DNA of 32,243 bases from an uncultured bacterium (GTDB taxonomy: Bacteria; Hydrogenedentota; Hydrogenedentia; Hydrogenedentales; JAEUWI01): assembly GCA_963977445.1 (NCBI GenBank), contig CAXBPH010000052.1:1-32243 (forward strand), given 5' to 3'. The first letter of the stretch is position 1, and each line of letters starts with the position of its first letter. Positions 1 to 9,343 of this stretch are shown here, piece after piece. A model generated the notes under the pieces. That model saw only the letters and a list, made by a program, of their open reading frames with translations. It ran no database searches and was not told where the DNA came from. The position numbers were made by a program, and so were the translations under genes.

Positions 1-157
1 TCATAACCGTCGATGGACACAATACGGTGGACTTTGTGAAATATCCGGGCTAGGCACGGGCACCCGTGGGCCAGACCGCCTAACGCAATCAACGGAAGAT
101 GACTTGGGGCGTGCGCCCGTCCCTGTGGGTTGCCATGATGTCTCAGGCTCCACCGCA

Positions 158-190
158 GTAGACCACGGGGACATGTCTCCGCCCGTGGTC
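158..190 (+). repeat. GTAG-type REP-like palindrome
   Basis: GTAG followed by ACCACGGG-GACATGTCTCCG-CCCGTGGT(C). A related core CACGGG-CA-CCCGTG lies at about 55-68, and CTCGGGGACAGCCCCGTGGG at 14889-14908. Confidence 0.5.
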
Positions 191-311
191 AAGCGCTCGT
201 ACCCAATATCCACCAACTGGCGATACCGGTGCAATCGCACCATTAAAGACGCGGTTGCGGCGGGACGTCCCATGACGCGCAGGGAAAACGGGGGCGGCCA
301 TCATCTATTGT

Positions 312-2480
312 TTAGACGGAGTCATCGCTGGTATCTACCGGCAGGAACTGAACCGCATCGGCCATCACGTAGCCCTTCGTGCCCTCGTTACTCACGACGA
401 CGCGGGCCAGTTTATCAAAATTGAATTTCCCCAGTGAGGTCCAGCAGTCCTTGATCTCTGGTTTTCGCCGCTGATTGACCACAACGGTTTTGGTGCCGCC
501 CCGGTGGTGCACGGTCACGGGTACCTGCTCCGCCCGGTTGGACTGGCGGGAATAGGCCAGGCGTACCTCGTAGCGGCCTGGGGCGGGCAGCTCGGCGGTG
601 AACGTCATCGTGCTGGCCCCTTTGTTCGCATTGACGTCGTGTTGGTAGCCCTGCTCGACATAGGGCGGGAGGGACGCACTATGCATCCATTCCCCCTCCG
701 CGACGGCAGCCTCGTCGTCCACAACCACCCCGTCCAACTTCGCTATCGTAAAGATATCCGCCGGAAGAAAGCTGAGTACCTGACCGTCTTCCGCCAACTT
801 CTTTTCCAACGTGTCATAGGCGAGATCTTGTACCGCGATCCCCGCGTCGATAGCCAAGGCGGCGGCCGTCCCGGCGCTCTGGCCTAGGATCATGAAAACG
901 GGTTCCATTCGAATGGAGCCATAGGCCACATGGGACGCCGAAAGGCAGACTGGTACGAAGAGATTGACGCACTCCGACTTACGGGGCACGATGGAACGAT
1001 AAGAAACGGGATAGGGTCTTGGGCAGGCCTTGCCGAAGCCCCCCTCATTACGGACGGTGTATTCTCCATCCTCTTTCACGACCATGCGGTTACAGAAGTG
1101 AGAGTCCATCTGATACGACGCGAGTCCCACGGAATCACTCACCTTGCGTTTCGATTCGGCATCCTCCTGGGTCATCACGTAATCAGAAACCATGCGACGG
1201 CCTTCGCGAATATAGAGATGGTGGGGCCAGAAATCCGTGTTTTGAAACTCGGCAGGGTCCAGGCCGAAGCGATTCACCCGTTCTTGCAGGGTCTCTGGGA
1301 CCTGGGGATCATTCGCCAGAAAGTACATGAGGCCTTGCTGATAGTTGACGTGATCCTGAAAGATCCGCTCCCGCATTTCATACAACGCGCGGAAGGGCAT
1401 CTGTAATCCACGCCGGGGTGGAGGCTGCTCCGAAAAAGAAATCGGATCAAAGGTGCCGTCGGGCCAAAGATTGCTGCCCCCTACATAGTCGGAAGAAAAA
1501 CTCCCCGCGTTGTTGCTGTCTCCCATGCGCATCTGGACCGGCCCGTCGGTCATGGGCGTGGTCGTATAGTCGAGCGTCCAATGGATACCCGGGTCTACAT
1601 TCATAAACCGGGCCAGGAGTGCATAGCGGCCGGGATCATAATCGCGCGGCTTCGGGAACGGTACTTTATCCGCTTTGTTCGTCAGACGCATCCTGAAATT
1701 GTAGGCCTGTACGCGGTGGTCACCCTCGCCCTTATCACCCGTAGGTTCCGAAGAGATTTTCGGCAGCAGGCCGGAATCGGGATTGCCGGGTTCCACAAAG
1801 GGGCTAACCGTCAGCCGGCAGAACTGATACACGTTGCTCCACGAAACATTCTGTGACTGGCCGGCGAGGGTTTCTCCATAGGTCCCGACCGGTTCCCGGC
1901 CAATATGGTAGGAGACCTTTGCCGCCGCCAGGAGGTCGCCCTCGTAGGTGGCATCGACAAACATGGCCGCCTCGACCGTTTCGCCCGTTTCCATGGTTGC
2001 GGAAACCAGGCGGCCGTCTTCCATGACGACCGATTCCAGGTATCGTTCGAAAAACACCGTTACCCCGGCTTCTTCAAGCATCGTGATATATAGCGCTTCC
2101 GCTTCCGACGGGCTGAGATCGCGGAGCCTTCCGATACGCGTATAGTATTCGAGAGCCATACCGCCGATGGCCTTACCGTTCCCCACATCGGTCGCGGTCA
2201 AACCGCCCGAAGTCATTCCACCAACATGGCGGTTGGAGGACAACAGCACGGCCGTCTTGCCCATCCTCCCCGCCTGGACCGCCGCCGTCACGCCCGCAGG
2301 GGTCCCCCCGTATACCGCCACATCGCACTCGATTCGCTGCGCCGGCCCGGGTTCCACCTGCCGGTAGTAGCGAAGCGCGGGCGCTTCCGTATTCTCCTCA
2401 GCCCAGCCAAAATTAAGCCCGCTGATGGAAAACGCCACCACCGCGCAGACAACATACCCGGACCATTTAAATTTACTCAT
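312..2480 (-). CDS. Secreted FAD-dependent oxidoreductase (FAD_oxidored family) with a C-terminal xanthan-lyase/Golvesin-like beta-sandwich
   Basis: Signal peptide; Rossmann motif DVAVYGGTPAGVTAAVQA; family motifs GGMTSGGL, FVDATYEGDL, YIREGRRM, SHVAYGSIRMEP; C-terminal VVVDD...GRYEVRLAY...YVMADAVQF domain; GGAGGA RBS upstream. Confidence 0.9.
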   Translation of the reverse strand: MSKFKWSGYVVCAVVAFSISGLNFGWAEENTEAPALRYYRQVEPGPAQRIECDVAVYGGTPAGVTAAVQAGRMGKTAVLLSSNRHVGGMTSGGLTATDVGNGKAIGGMALEYYTRIGRLRDLSPSEAEALYITMLEEAGVTVFFERYLESVVMEDGRLVSATMETGETVEAAMFVDATYEGDLLAAAKVSYHIGREPVGTYGETLAGQSQNVSWSNVYQFCRLTVSPFVEPGNPDSGLLPKISSEPTGDKGEGDHRVQAYNFRMRLTNKADKVPFPKPRDYDPGRYALLARFMNVDPGIHWTLDYTTTPMTDGPVQMRMGDSNNAGSFSSDYVGGSNLWPDGTFDPISFSEQPPPRRGLQMPFRALYEMRERIFQDHVNYQQGLMYFLANDPQVPETLQERVNRFGLDPAEFQNTDFWPHHLYIREGRRMVSDYVMTQEDAESKRKVSDSVGLASYQMDSHFCNRMVVKEDGEYTVRNEGGFGKACPRPYPVSYRSIVPRKSECVNLFVPVCLSASHVAYGSIRMEPVFMILGQSAGTAAALAIDAGIAVQDLAYDTLEKKLAEDGQVLSFLPADIFTIAKLDGVVVDDEAAVAEGEWMHSASLPPYVEQGYQHDVNANKGASTMTFTAELPAPGRYEVRLAYSRQSNRAEQVPVTVHHRGGTKTVVVNQRRKPEIKDCWTSLGKFNFDKLARVVVSNEGTKGYVMADAVQFLPVDTSDDSV

Positions 2481-2776
2481 ACATCCTCCCTCGTGTCACG
2501 TCAGCCCGCCTCCCAAAAGGCGCGGGCACGTCTTTACTGTCACAGACGCGTAGTTACACCGGTCATTTTCCACGCCCAGGCCTACACGCATTGCGTTGGC
2601 GGGGCCGCCCCATCATAACACCCCGCGCGGGAATTACCAGCAGGATGCCGTCTTCGTGGGCTACCGGCGAACCAGGAGAGTTGGCAATCGGTCCTCGACA
2701 CATTCGCCAAGCCGGATAGGGCGGATTGAAGCTCGAATGAACGTAGAGCAGCGGTTGGCCGCAACCAAAAATGCTG

Positions 2777-2880
2777 AACCACGAATATACACTAATTTAC
2801 ACGAATAGTATTGGCAGCAAAAGAACGCAGAGAACCAAAGAGAAGTTTTTCTTTGCGCTCTTTGCGTTCCTTCGCGGCTA
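2777..2880. repeat. Composite short-period repeat and inverted repeat element
   Basis: A degenerate 10-nt period (CACGAATATA-CACTAATTTA-CACGAAT), then an imperfect inverted repeat GCAGCAAAAGAACGCAGAGAACCAAAGA / TCTTTGCGCTCTTTGCGTTCCTTCGCGGC built from about 9-nt AAAGAACGC units. Confidence 0.6.
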
Positions 2881-3141
2881 GTATTTGTCTCTATTGGCAA
2901 TGTGTAGACTAAACATTGAGAAAGAAGAAATCTGGTCAACGTAGGAGAAAAACTCCTTCCGATCTCTGTTTCATAAGTGGCTTTTGTAGAACATGTTACA
3001 GAATATGGAGCGGATTTTCTTTCCAGAAAAACAAAATGATGTCGGATAGTAGTGTAGAGCAGCCGCTGGGCCAGTATAAATTCTTCGAGAAATCAGGCAA
3101 CCGTGTTATTATGAGCTATAATTTCCGATGGAGAAAATGTC

Positions 3142-4644
3142 ATGGAAACGTCTACTGCCAAGCCAGCACCTGTGGCGCCGAACAGGACATTGGACTACCT
3201 GCGCTACACCATAGGCGGCATTGTAATTGCCATCAGCGCATACTTCATGCAGCAGGCCCTGTACGGTCGAGGGTCGAGCATGGATGAAGGCCTGGGCTAC
3301 GGCATGGTTTCTATTCTCCTTCTCCTATTCGGGCTGGGGATAGTCTTCGTGCTTCCCAGTGCCATCCAGCGATTCGTTAGCAATTTGAAGCTGGCCGTGC
3401 AACACCCGGAAGAGCCTTGGCGCTGGAAAAGCGACTGGGCGCGCGACCAGGCCGAAAATCAATGTCACACCAGCGCCGCGTTGCCTTCGTGCTCTGGATT
3501 ATTCCTCCTGCTGATCTCTACGCCGCCACTCTTGGGTAAGGTTCCGGGGATCTTCACGGGTGATCCCATCGGCTTGGCCCTTGGCCTGGCCCTCCCCCTG
3601 GTTGGAAGTTGTCTACTGGCCCTGGCCGCCTTTCTCCAATGGCGCGCAAGAAAATACGGAGCTTCTACCCTCCTGCTTGATAGCAATCCCGGCGTGGTGG
3701 GTGGCTGGCTGAACACCCATCTCCAGAGTAAGTTACAGCTTGGGCCGTCAGAAATACTCATGGCCTCCCTGAAATGCTACTACATTGCCCGGACCTCAGG
3801 TGGCACGGGGGGGCGGAGCGGCAGCAGCAAACACCTTATCTGGCGGCTGGATCAGGAGATTCCCGCCCACGCCGTAGAACAACTTGATGACCAGATCACT
3901 CGGATTCCCCTTTCCTTTTACATCCCCTATGATTCTAAAGCGACCACGCCCGGCGAGAGGGACTATTACTGGGAACTCCATCTGCAGGTGCGGGTAGCCG
4001 GCCCCAATTACAAGGCGGAGTTCCGTGTGCCCGTTTTCAAAACCAGCGACAGTATCCTGGAAGTTCCCCAGGAAGCCATTGATAAATTTGGCGATGCCGT
4101 CGCCCTGGAGCAAAATTATCTGGAAAATGCGCGGGCACGCGTCGAGGTGCTACCCGGCGGTGGCCTGGAAGTGCGCACCCCGCCCCTGCGCTTCTTGCCC
4201 GTTAGTATTATTGTGACCGTCATCACGGCTTATTTAATGTTTATGACGTTTCAGTTCATCCAAAAATTGCCCGTTGGAATTGTTCCGACATTCATATTCC
4301 TCTGCCTGAGCGCCCTGTTTTTGTTGCTGAGTGCCTGGATGTGGATTGGCAGGCGGCGCGCAACCATCGAAGCCGGAAAGTTGACCGTGCAGATGGAAAT
4401 TCTGTTCTTAAAACGTGGTCTTTCCATCCCACTCGATGAAATTACGGGGGTGGGGCACTGGGTAAGCGCCAATATGAATGGAAAAGAAACGAGCAGTGTT
4501 TACGTGAACGTGGGAAAGAAATCTACATCCCTTGCCACCGGCCTGAAAAACGGCGAAGCACGCTGGCTGAGCAAAGTAATTCACGTTCATGTGGGGGAAC
4601 TTCTGGGGAAAGACCTGGACTATCTTGATGGGGACGACACGTAG
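3142..4644 (+). CDS. Multi-pass membrane protein of unknown function (possibly related to DUF3592-type proteins)
   Basis: 500-aa ORF with a GGAG RBS and TATAAT at 3117-3122. About six hydrophobic helices in three pairs, a PEEPWRWKSDW motif, a central beta-rich soluble domain and a possible PH-like C-terminus. Confidence 0.75.
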   Translation: METSTAKPAPVAPNRTLDYLRYTIGGIVIAISAYFMQQALYGRGSSMDEGLGYGMVSILLLLFGLGIVFVLPSAIQRFVSNLKLAVQHPEEPWRWKSDWARDQAENQCHTSAALPSCSGLFLLLISTPPLLGKVPGIFTGDPIGLALGLALPLVGSCLLALAAFLQWRARKYGASTLLLDSNPGVVGGWLNTHLQSKLQLGPSEILMASLKCYYIARTSGGTGGRSGSSKHLIWRLDQEIPAHAVEQLDDQITRIPLSFYIPYDSKATTPGERDYYWELHLQVRVAGPNYKAEFRVPVFKTSDSILEVPQEAIDKFGDAVALEQNYLENARARVEVLPGGGLEVRTPPLRFLPVSIIVTVITAYLMFMTFQFIQKLPVGIVPTFIFLCLSALFLLLSAWMWIGRRRATIEAGKLTVQMEILFLKRGLSIPLDEITGVGHWVSANMNGKETSSVYVNVGKKSTSLATGLKNGEARWLSKVIHVHVGELLGKDLDYLDGDDT

Positions 4645-4821
4645 AGTTTCGGCGGCGTCCGCGCATTGCTACGGCATAAGTCGAGCCGTAGGGCGCAGAT
4701 TCAATAGTGAACGTGCAACGATGACCGCTTGTCGGGCTTGGTGTCCAATCCTATTGGCGCACTGGTAGAATGCCCATCTTGAACGCGTGCGTATAGACCT
4801 TGGGAAAGGTGGATAAATCTC

Positions 4822-6777
4822 TTGCGGAAATTGTGTGCACTAATGCTCCTGCTGGGCCTCCCGGCGGCAGCGGAAATGACTGTCGATTATGCAGAACTTG
4901 CCCAGCGCGACGGGTGGCTGCGTCATCCGGTGTATGGGGATGCCTCATTCGACAGCTTCACCCACCACCCGAAGAATCCAATTCACCGGGGTGCCGCGCC
5001 CTATGAATGGCCGGTGAATGGCTCCTTGTTCGAGGATCCCGTAAGCGGGGACTGGTTTTTGTTCGTGGGTCATTATCGCACGGGCTACCGGCGGGACGAT
5101 GCCAACCCGTCCCGCGCCACCGTGTCCCGCTCGAAGGACAAGGGGGCGCACTGGGAAGATCTGGGACCCGTATTCCCGCCGGAAATACACACTTTCGACG
5201 GCGAGACCTCGCCCATGTGGACCGCACCCGATGTGGCCGTCGTCTATCACGAAGGCCGCTATCACATGAGCTACGACTGGTCGACACGGAGCACCACGTG
5301 GGAAAACGCGGCCACACCCGGCCCGGATTCCAACAGCGGGGTGGGCTATGCCTGGGCCGAGCGACCCGAGGGACCCTATCATCGGACGGCCGTCCCCATC
5401 GCCACCACCCGCGACCAGCCCCTGCTGGAGGGCAAGTACAAGCGCATGTATGCCTCCACCATCCTCCGCCGCGAAAAGGACTGGCTGGTGCTTACCCTGA
5501 CCGACTCGGGCCTCCATTATGGCTGGGCCTATCTGGGCATGACCGCCCCCACGCCGGAAGGGCCCTACACCCCCGCCAAGCTGTTACTCTATCCCGAGCA
5601 GGAGGGTTTTCACCCGCCGCTGATGGAGTTTCACCCCGCCTTCGTCCACGAGGGCTACGTTTACGCGCCCGCCACCGCCGTGGCCTTGAACCGCAACTTC
5701 CAGATGCTCTGGCGCGCCCCCGCGGAAGAGGCCCTGGACCCCGACGCGTGGTCCATTTACCAGCATGGCTCCGTGTGGCACGCCGAGCCCGTCGAACACG
5801 AACACCACGGTATCTGGGGACAGACCTTCTCGGGCTTCGTCGGCGCCGATGGCATGTTCCAGGTCATGTTTCCCTCCCGCGACAGCCAGGGGATGGGCAC
5901 CATCAATACCGCTTCCCGGCCGTGGGTGCAGCCCAATCGGGACCAGGGCTTTCACGTCAGCGGACACGAAGGGCCGAGTTTTGTGCGTCTGAAACAGGGC
6001 GGTACGGTGGAGAAGATTGCCGCCACCCTGGACGTGCACGGCACCGTGACCCTGGCCTGGAACGCCAAGGGGCCCGTGGGTCCCAATAACCCCACGTCGG
6101 GTGCAACCCTTCACCCCCTGATGGGGGGCGACTATGCAGGCCTTCGCTTAACAACCGAATCCTGGGCGCTTATCACCGTAAACGCCGAGGGCGAAGCCAC
6201 CACCATCGCGGAGAACACCATCACAAGGCCCGGCCCGATCCCGTGCACCATCGCCTGGGACACCGGAGGAACGGCAACGCTCGCGATTCACGGCGAGGCC
6301 GTCTGGTCCGGTGCCCTGCCCGTCAATGAGGGAGCCCTGGGCATGGTGGCCGACAAATTCAGCCAGGCGTACGTCACGCAATTCGCTGTGACCGGGACGC
6401 CCGCGCCCGCCCACACGGTCTATCTACACACCGAGGCTCTGCTGGGTGCCGCACAGAATAAGGCCCACTGGAAAGCCGTAGAAGGACCCCACTTCCGCTA
6501 CGGCGTGGGTGTGGTCTCCAACGCGCCAGACGTTCGTGCCAAATGGAACGTGCAGGGGCGCACTGCGACACTCTGGGCACCCCAAGGCCCCGACTACGGC
6601 AGCGCAGACGTCTATCTCGATGGCGCGCTCCAAGGTCGCGTGGATTTTAAGAAGGACGTGCTGGAAAGCTCCCGGCCCGTGCTGACCATCACCGGTCTGA
6701 AGGAAAAGGGCAGCGCCATCGTCCTCCGCAACGTAGACGGTGCCGTGCCCGTGGATGTGTTGGAGGTCGTCCATTGA
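4822..6777 (+). CDS. Secreted glycoside hydrolase-like protein (five-bladed beta-propeller plus beta-sandwich domains)
   Basis: Signal peptide (LLLGLPAAA). Propeller-type repeats HHPKNPI, RSKDKGAHWEDLG, APDVAVVYHEGRYHM, VGYAWAERPEGPY, TAPTPEGPY. The C-terminal GPDYGSADVYLDG segment is typical of galactose-binding-like domains. The TTG start is inferred. Confidence 0.75.
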   Translation: MRKLCALMLLLGLPAAAEMTVDYAELAQRDGWLRHPVYGDASFDSFTHHPKNPIHRGAAPYEWPVNGSLFEDPVSGDWFLFVGHYRTGYRRDDANPSRATVSRSKDKGAHWEDLGPVFPPEIHTFDGETSPMWTAPDVAVVYHEGRYHMSYDWSTRSTTWENAATPGPDSNSGVGYAWAERPEGPYHRTAVPIATTRDQPLLEGKYKRMYASTILRREKDWLVLTLTDSGLHYGWAYLGMTAPTPEGPYTPAKLLLYPEQEGFHPPLMEFHPAFVHEGYVYAPATAVALNRNFQMLWRAPAEEALDPDAWSIYQHGSVWHAEPVEHEHHGIWGQTFSGFVGADGMFQVMFPSRDSQGMGTINTASRPWVQPNRDQGFHVSGHEGPSFVRLKQGGTVEKIAATLDVHGTVTLAWNAKGPVGPNNPTSGATLHPLMGGDYAGLRLTTESWALITVNAEGEATTIAENTITRPGPIPCTIAWDTGGTATLAIHGEAVWSGALPVNEGALGMVADKFSQAYVTQFAVTGTPAPAHTVYLHTEALLGAAQNKAHWKAVEGPHFRYGVGVVSNAPDVRAKWNVQGRTATLWAPQGPDYGSADVYLDGALQGRVDFKKDVLESSRPVLTITGLKEKGSAIVLRNVDGAVPVDVLEVVH

Positions 6778-6849
6778 GGCTGATCGCCTTGAAGAGGATT
6801 TGGAAAGCGGCTCTGCTACTGGAGTCAATATAAGCTGCGGCGAAGCATT

Positions 6850-6937
6850 ATGGGACGGGCTTTCAGCCCTCTATGGATGGCGGACCGCAAACATGGGGCG
6901 TTGCCCCATGTTGGTATGTTGCCGGGCCCTTGGCCCT
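6850..6937 (+). repeat. REP-like triple-hairpin element, copy 1
   Basis: ATGGGACGGGCTTTCAGCCCT ... AACATGGGGC-GTT-GCCCCATGTT ... GGGCC-CTT-GGCCC; an inverted copy lies at 6975-7062. Confidence 0.75.
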
Positions 6938-6974
6938 CAAGAAATTGCAGGTCCACGACCAGGTTTATTTTATT

Positions 6975-7062
6975 AGCGCCACCGGCGCGTTTCATACCAG
7001 CCTGGGGCATAGTCCCAGGGATAATCAATCAAAAGGCGGTCAGGGCTGAATGTCCGTGCCAT
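6975..7062 (-). repeat. REP-like triple-hairpin element, copy 2 (inverted)
   Basis: The reverse complement reads ATGGCACGGACATTCAGCCCT ... CCTGGGACTATGCCCCAGGCTGGTATG ... GCGCCGGTGGCGCT. It has the same length (88 nt) and layout as copy 1. Confidence 0.75.
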
Positions 7063-7109
7063 TTTACGTCAGAGCAAGAAGCTCGCCTTTATGCCGCTGG
7101 ACTAACCTC

Positions 7110-9113
7110 CTACTTCGCCGGTACCAACAATGCCTCAGCCGACGGTGCGAATAGCGGCGGTACGCCCCGTAGATCCACCGAATGATCTTCCCAGGGGCGC
7201 GTGGAGGGCTTGGACAAACGAATCGTCCACGGGGCACCGGGACTGTCTTCCGGCTGGGTCATTGCGAATTGATGCAGGGCCACCAGATTGTCTACCTCTT
7301 CGACGACCTCCCCTTCGGGATTGATGAGGGCGGCGCGGATGGCTTCGCCTGATCCCTCGCCCGTTACGCGCACGGCAAACTCTGTCGTTCCGGCAGGCAC
7401 CCAGAAGAAATAGCTGCCTCCAGCATGTATCAATCGGAGGGGGGCACCTTCGGCAATGATGTTTACCGGGTGAGAGCTCTGGGTCAGGGCGAGACGGTTG
7501 ATGTCCGGATTGGCGCTGATGCGATACACCCCGGTTTCGGGTGCCGTGAAGTGGACGTCACTTTCTGACCCGATGGGGATTTCGACGCGATGGGCTGTTT
7601 TCCCCGTGGGGGCAGTAACGATGACGGGCACATCCTTGCCACTATTGGAACCCACGGGCCAGTAGTGCATCACCAGGCGCACCTCGTCACCTGCCGTGGC
7701 ATAGAGGGCAAACTCGCCGTTCCGCCGTAGTTTTGCGAAGCCGAAGCCATAGCCATTTTTCGGGACCGTGTCATCGTGGGGCTGGAGTCCACTCAGATCC
7801 AGGGGCAAGCGAGGAATACGTTTGATCGCCTCTACGGGCATCCAGCGATCCAGTAGTTCTGGGGTCAGCGTGAGGTGCTCTTCCGTGTCCCCATGGACGG
7901 CAATCAGCGTGCCCGTAATCGCTTCGAGGGGCAGGCCACCGGCGGAATCCAGGTAGCCCATGGGATTGCGATCCACGGCGTCCTGAAGGCGCACGTTGGT
8001 GAAGGTGACACCCCCGACGGGCTGTTCCGAATCGGTCCGATTGAGAAACTGGATAGGCGACATCGCCGGTTCGTCGACGGACGGGTTGATGATCGTCACC
8101 TCCTCGAAGCGAATGTCGAGCCCCGAAGGCGGGTTGCTGTCTACCGTTATGGCGGAGCGTGTGCCCCCTTCAAGGGTGCAGTCTGAAAACACCACGCTGC
8201 CGGTCACCGCATCCGCCGGCAGATTGTTGTTGATGATACCCGCGCCGGTCCCATAGTTGTTGATGGCCCGGCAGTTTTCGAAACGCACCGAGATGGGCTC
8301 GGATGTCGCTTTCAAGGGACGGAGGTACAGCACATAGCCCGACCCGCTGTTGTTTTCGCTCAGGCAATTGCGCATGACGACGTTGGCGAGCCGCTCGCTG
8401 GCGTGGTTGGGCTCGAAATCGATGCCGGCCTGGGGTGGCGTGCCTTTCGTATTGCGCATGATCGTGTCTTCGATAAGCAGGTTCTCCGCCGAAATCACGC
8501 TGATGCCCTGGCGATAGTGGCTTTCGCAGACCACATCTTTGATATGGATGTCTGTATTGGTGACCCCACGGGTGGCGACACCCAGATAAATGCCGTCGCC
8601 GCCACTCTCAAGGAGGGTCAATCCGTATACCTTGACGTTGGAGCTGCTGCGAATACTCAGCGTGTGGCGCCATTCCGCCTTCTTATACAATTCGGGGTTG
8701 TCGTAGTCCGACCGGTGCATACGAAACGTGGCACCATACCCCGTCAGGGTAATATTTGTCTTGTTGGACGCCGTAAAAAGCGAATCGCCGGTCCCTTTGA
8801 ATTCGCCCCGCTTGGCGACGACCTCAACGCCCTTCTCAAAGGTAATTTCCTGGTCGCTCGCCAGTTGGATGGGACGCACCACCCAGGGCTGGCCCGTGTT
8901 GTCCACCGTGAGTTTCGCCACACCCGAGTTAATCGCCGCCTGGAGGGCCTCCGTGGCGTCCTCAGGATCAAAGCCCCACCACGAGGCCTTCGCCTCGGTG
9001 ATGTCGCCCGAAGCAACACGGTCTAGCATCGCCTGGTTAACGTCCGCAAACGCAACACCGGTTAAGAAAATAGTAATCGTGAGGAACGCGCTCAGGCGTG
9101 GCATAGGGGTCAT
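7110..9113 (-). CDS. Secreted right-handed parallel beta-helix (pectate lyase fold) protein
   Basis: Signal peptide ending AFA; DATEALQAAINSG cap; beta-helix motifs SGGDGIYL, HYRQGISVI, AGIDFEPN; C-terminal beta-sandwich domains. The ORF track starts at 9155, but the ATG at 9113 follows AGGAAA and is more likely. Confidence 0.85.
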   Translation of the reverse strand: MTPMPRLSAFLTITIFLTGVAFADVNQAMLDRVASGDITEAKASWWGFDPEDATEALQAAINSGVAKLTVDNTGQPWVVRPIQLASDQEITFEKGVEVVAKRGEFKGTGDSLFTASNKTNITLTGYGATFRMHRSDYDNPELYKKAEWRHTLSIRSSSNVKVYGLTLLESGGDGIYLGVATRGVTNTDIHIKDVVCESHYRQGISVISAENLLIEDTIMRNTKGTPPQAGIDFEPNHASERLANVVMRNCLSENNSGSGYVLYLRPLKATSEPISVRFENCRAINNYGTGAGIINNNLPADAVTGSVVFSDCTLEGGTRSAITVDSNPPSGLDIRFEEVTIINPSVDEPAMSPIQFLNRTDSEQPVGGVTFTNVRLQDAVDRNPMGYLDSAGGLPLEAITGTLIAVHGDTEEHLTLTPELLDRWMPVEAIKRIPRLPLDLSGLQPHDDTVPKNGYGFGFAKLRRNGEFALYATAGDEVRLVMHYWPVGSNSGKDVPVIVTAPTGKTAHRVEIPIGSESDVHFTAPETGVYRISANPDINRLALTQSSHPVNIIAEGAPLRLIHAGGSYFFWVPAGTTEFAVRVTGEGSGEAIRAALINPEGEVVEEVDNLVALHQFAMTQPEDSPGAPWTIRLSKPSTRPWEDHSVDLRGVPPLFAPSAEALLVPAK

Positions 9114-9295
9114 TGTATTTCCTGGGGCTGGGTTGTAAACGCGCGCCGGGCCCAATCTACTTTGGGGTGCTCAACGTTCATGAATTCTTGATTCATCAGA
9201 CGGTCTAGTGGGGAACCCAAGTTAAGCGAAAGAAGGTGGGAGAATCAAGACGCCTCATTAATTCGCACGATAGAAAGGTCTGCCCCATACAGGGA

Positions 9296-9315
9296 CTCAG
9301 ACATTCCTGTCTGAG
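9296..9315. repeat. REP-like perfect hairpin downstream of gajB
   Basis: CTCAGACA-TTCC-TGTCTGAG forms an 8-bp perfect stem, about 30 nt past the gajB stop. Confidence 0.55.
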
Positions 9316-9343
9316 ACAAGGTCCGCCGAAACTGCCTACCACT

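Noticed and set aside
2916..3140. AT-richer stretch as a gene or pseudogene remnant
   Set aside because: No recognisable protein similarity in the frames read; most likely promoter sequence.
5007..6089. Long alternative-frame and antisense ORFs (for example 5007-6089, 12805-13881, 22656-23585)
   Set aside because: They overlap well-supported genes and have no recognisable motifs; they are typical shadow ORFs of GC-rich DNA.
7110..7170. C-terminal VPP/VPAK of the beta-helix protein as an exosortase sorting signal
   Set aside because: No transmembrane helix or basic tail follows the motif.
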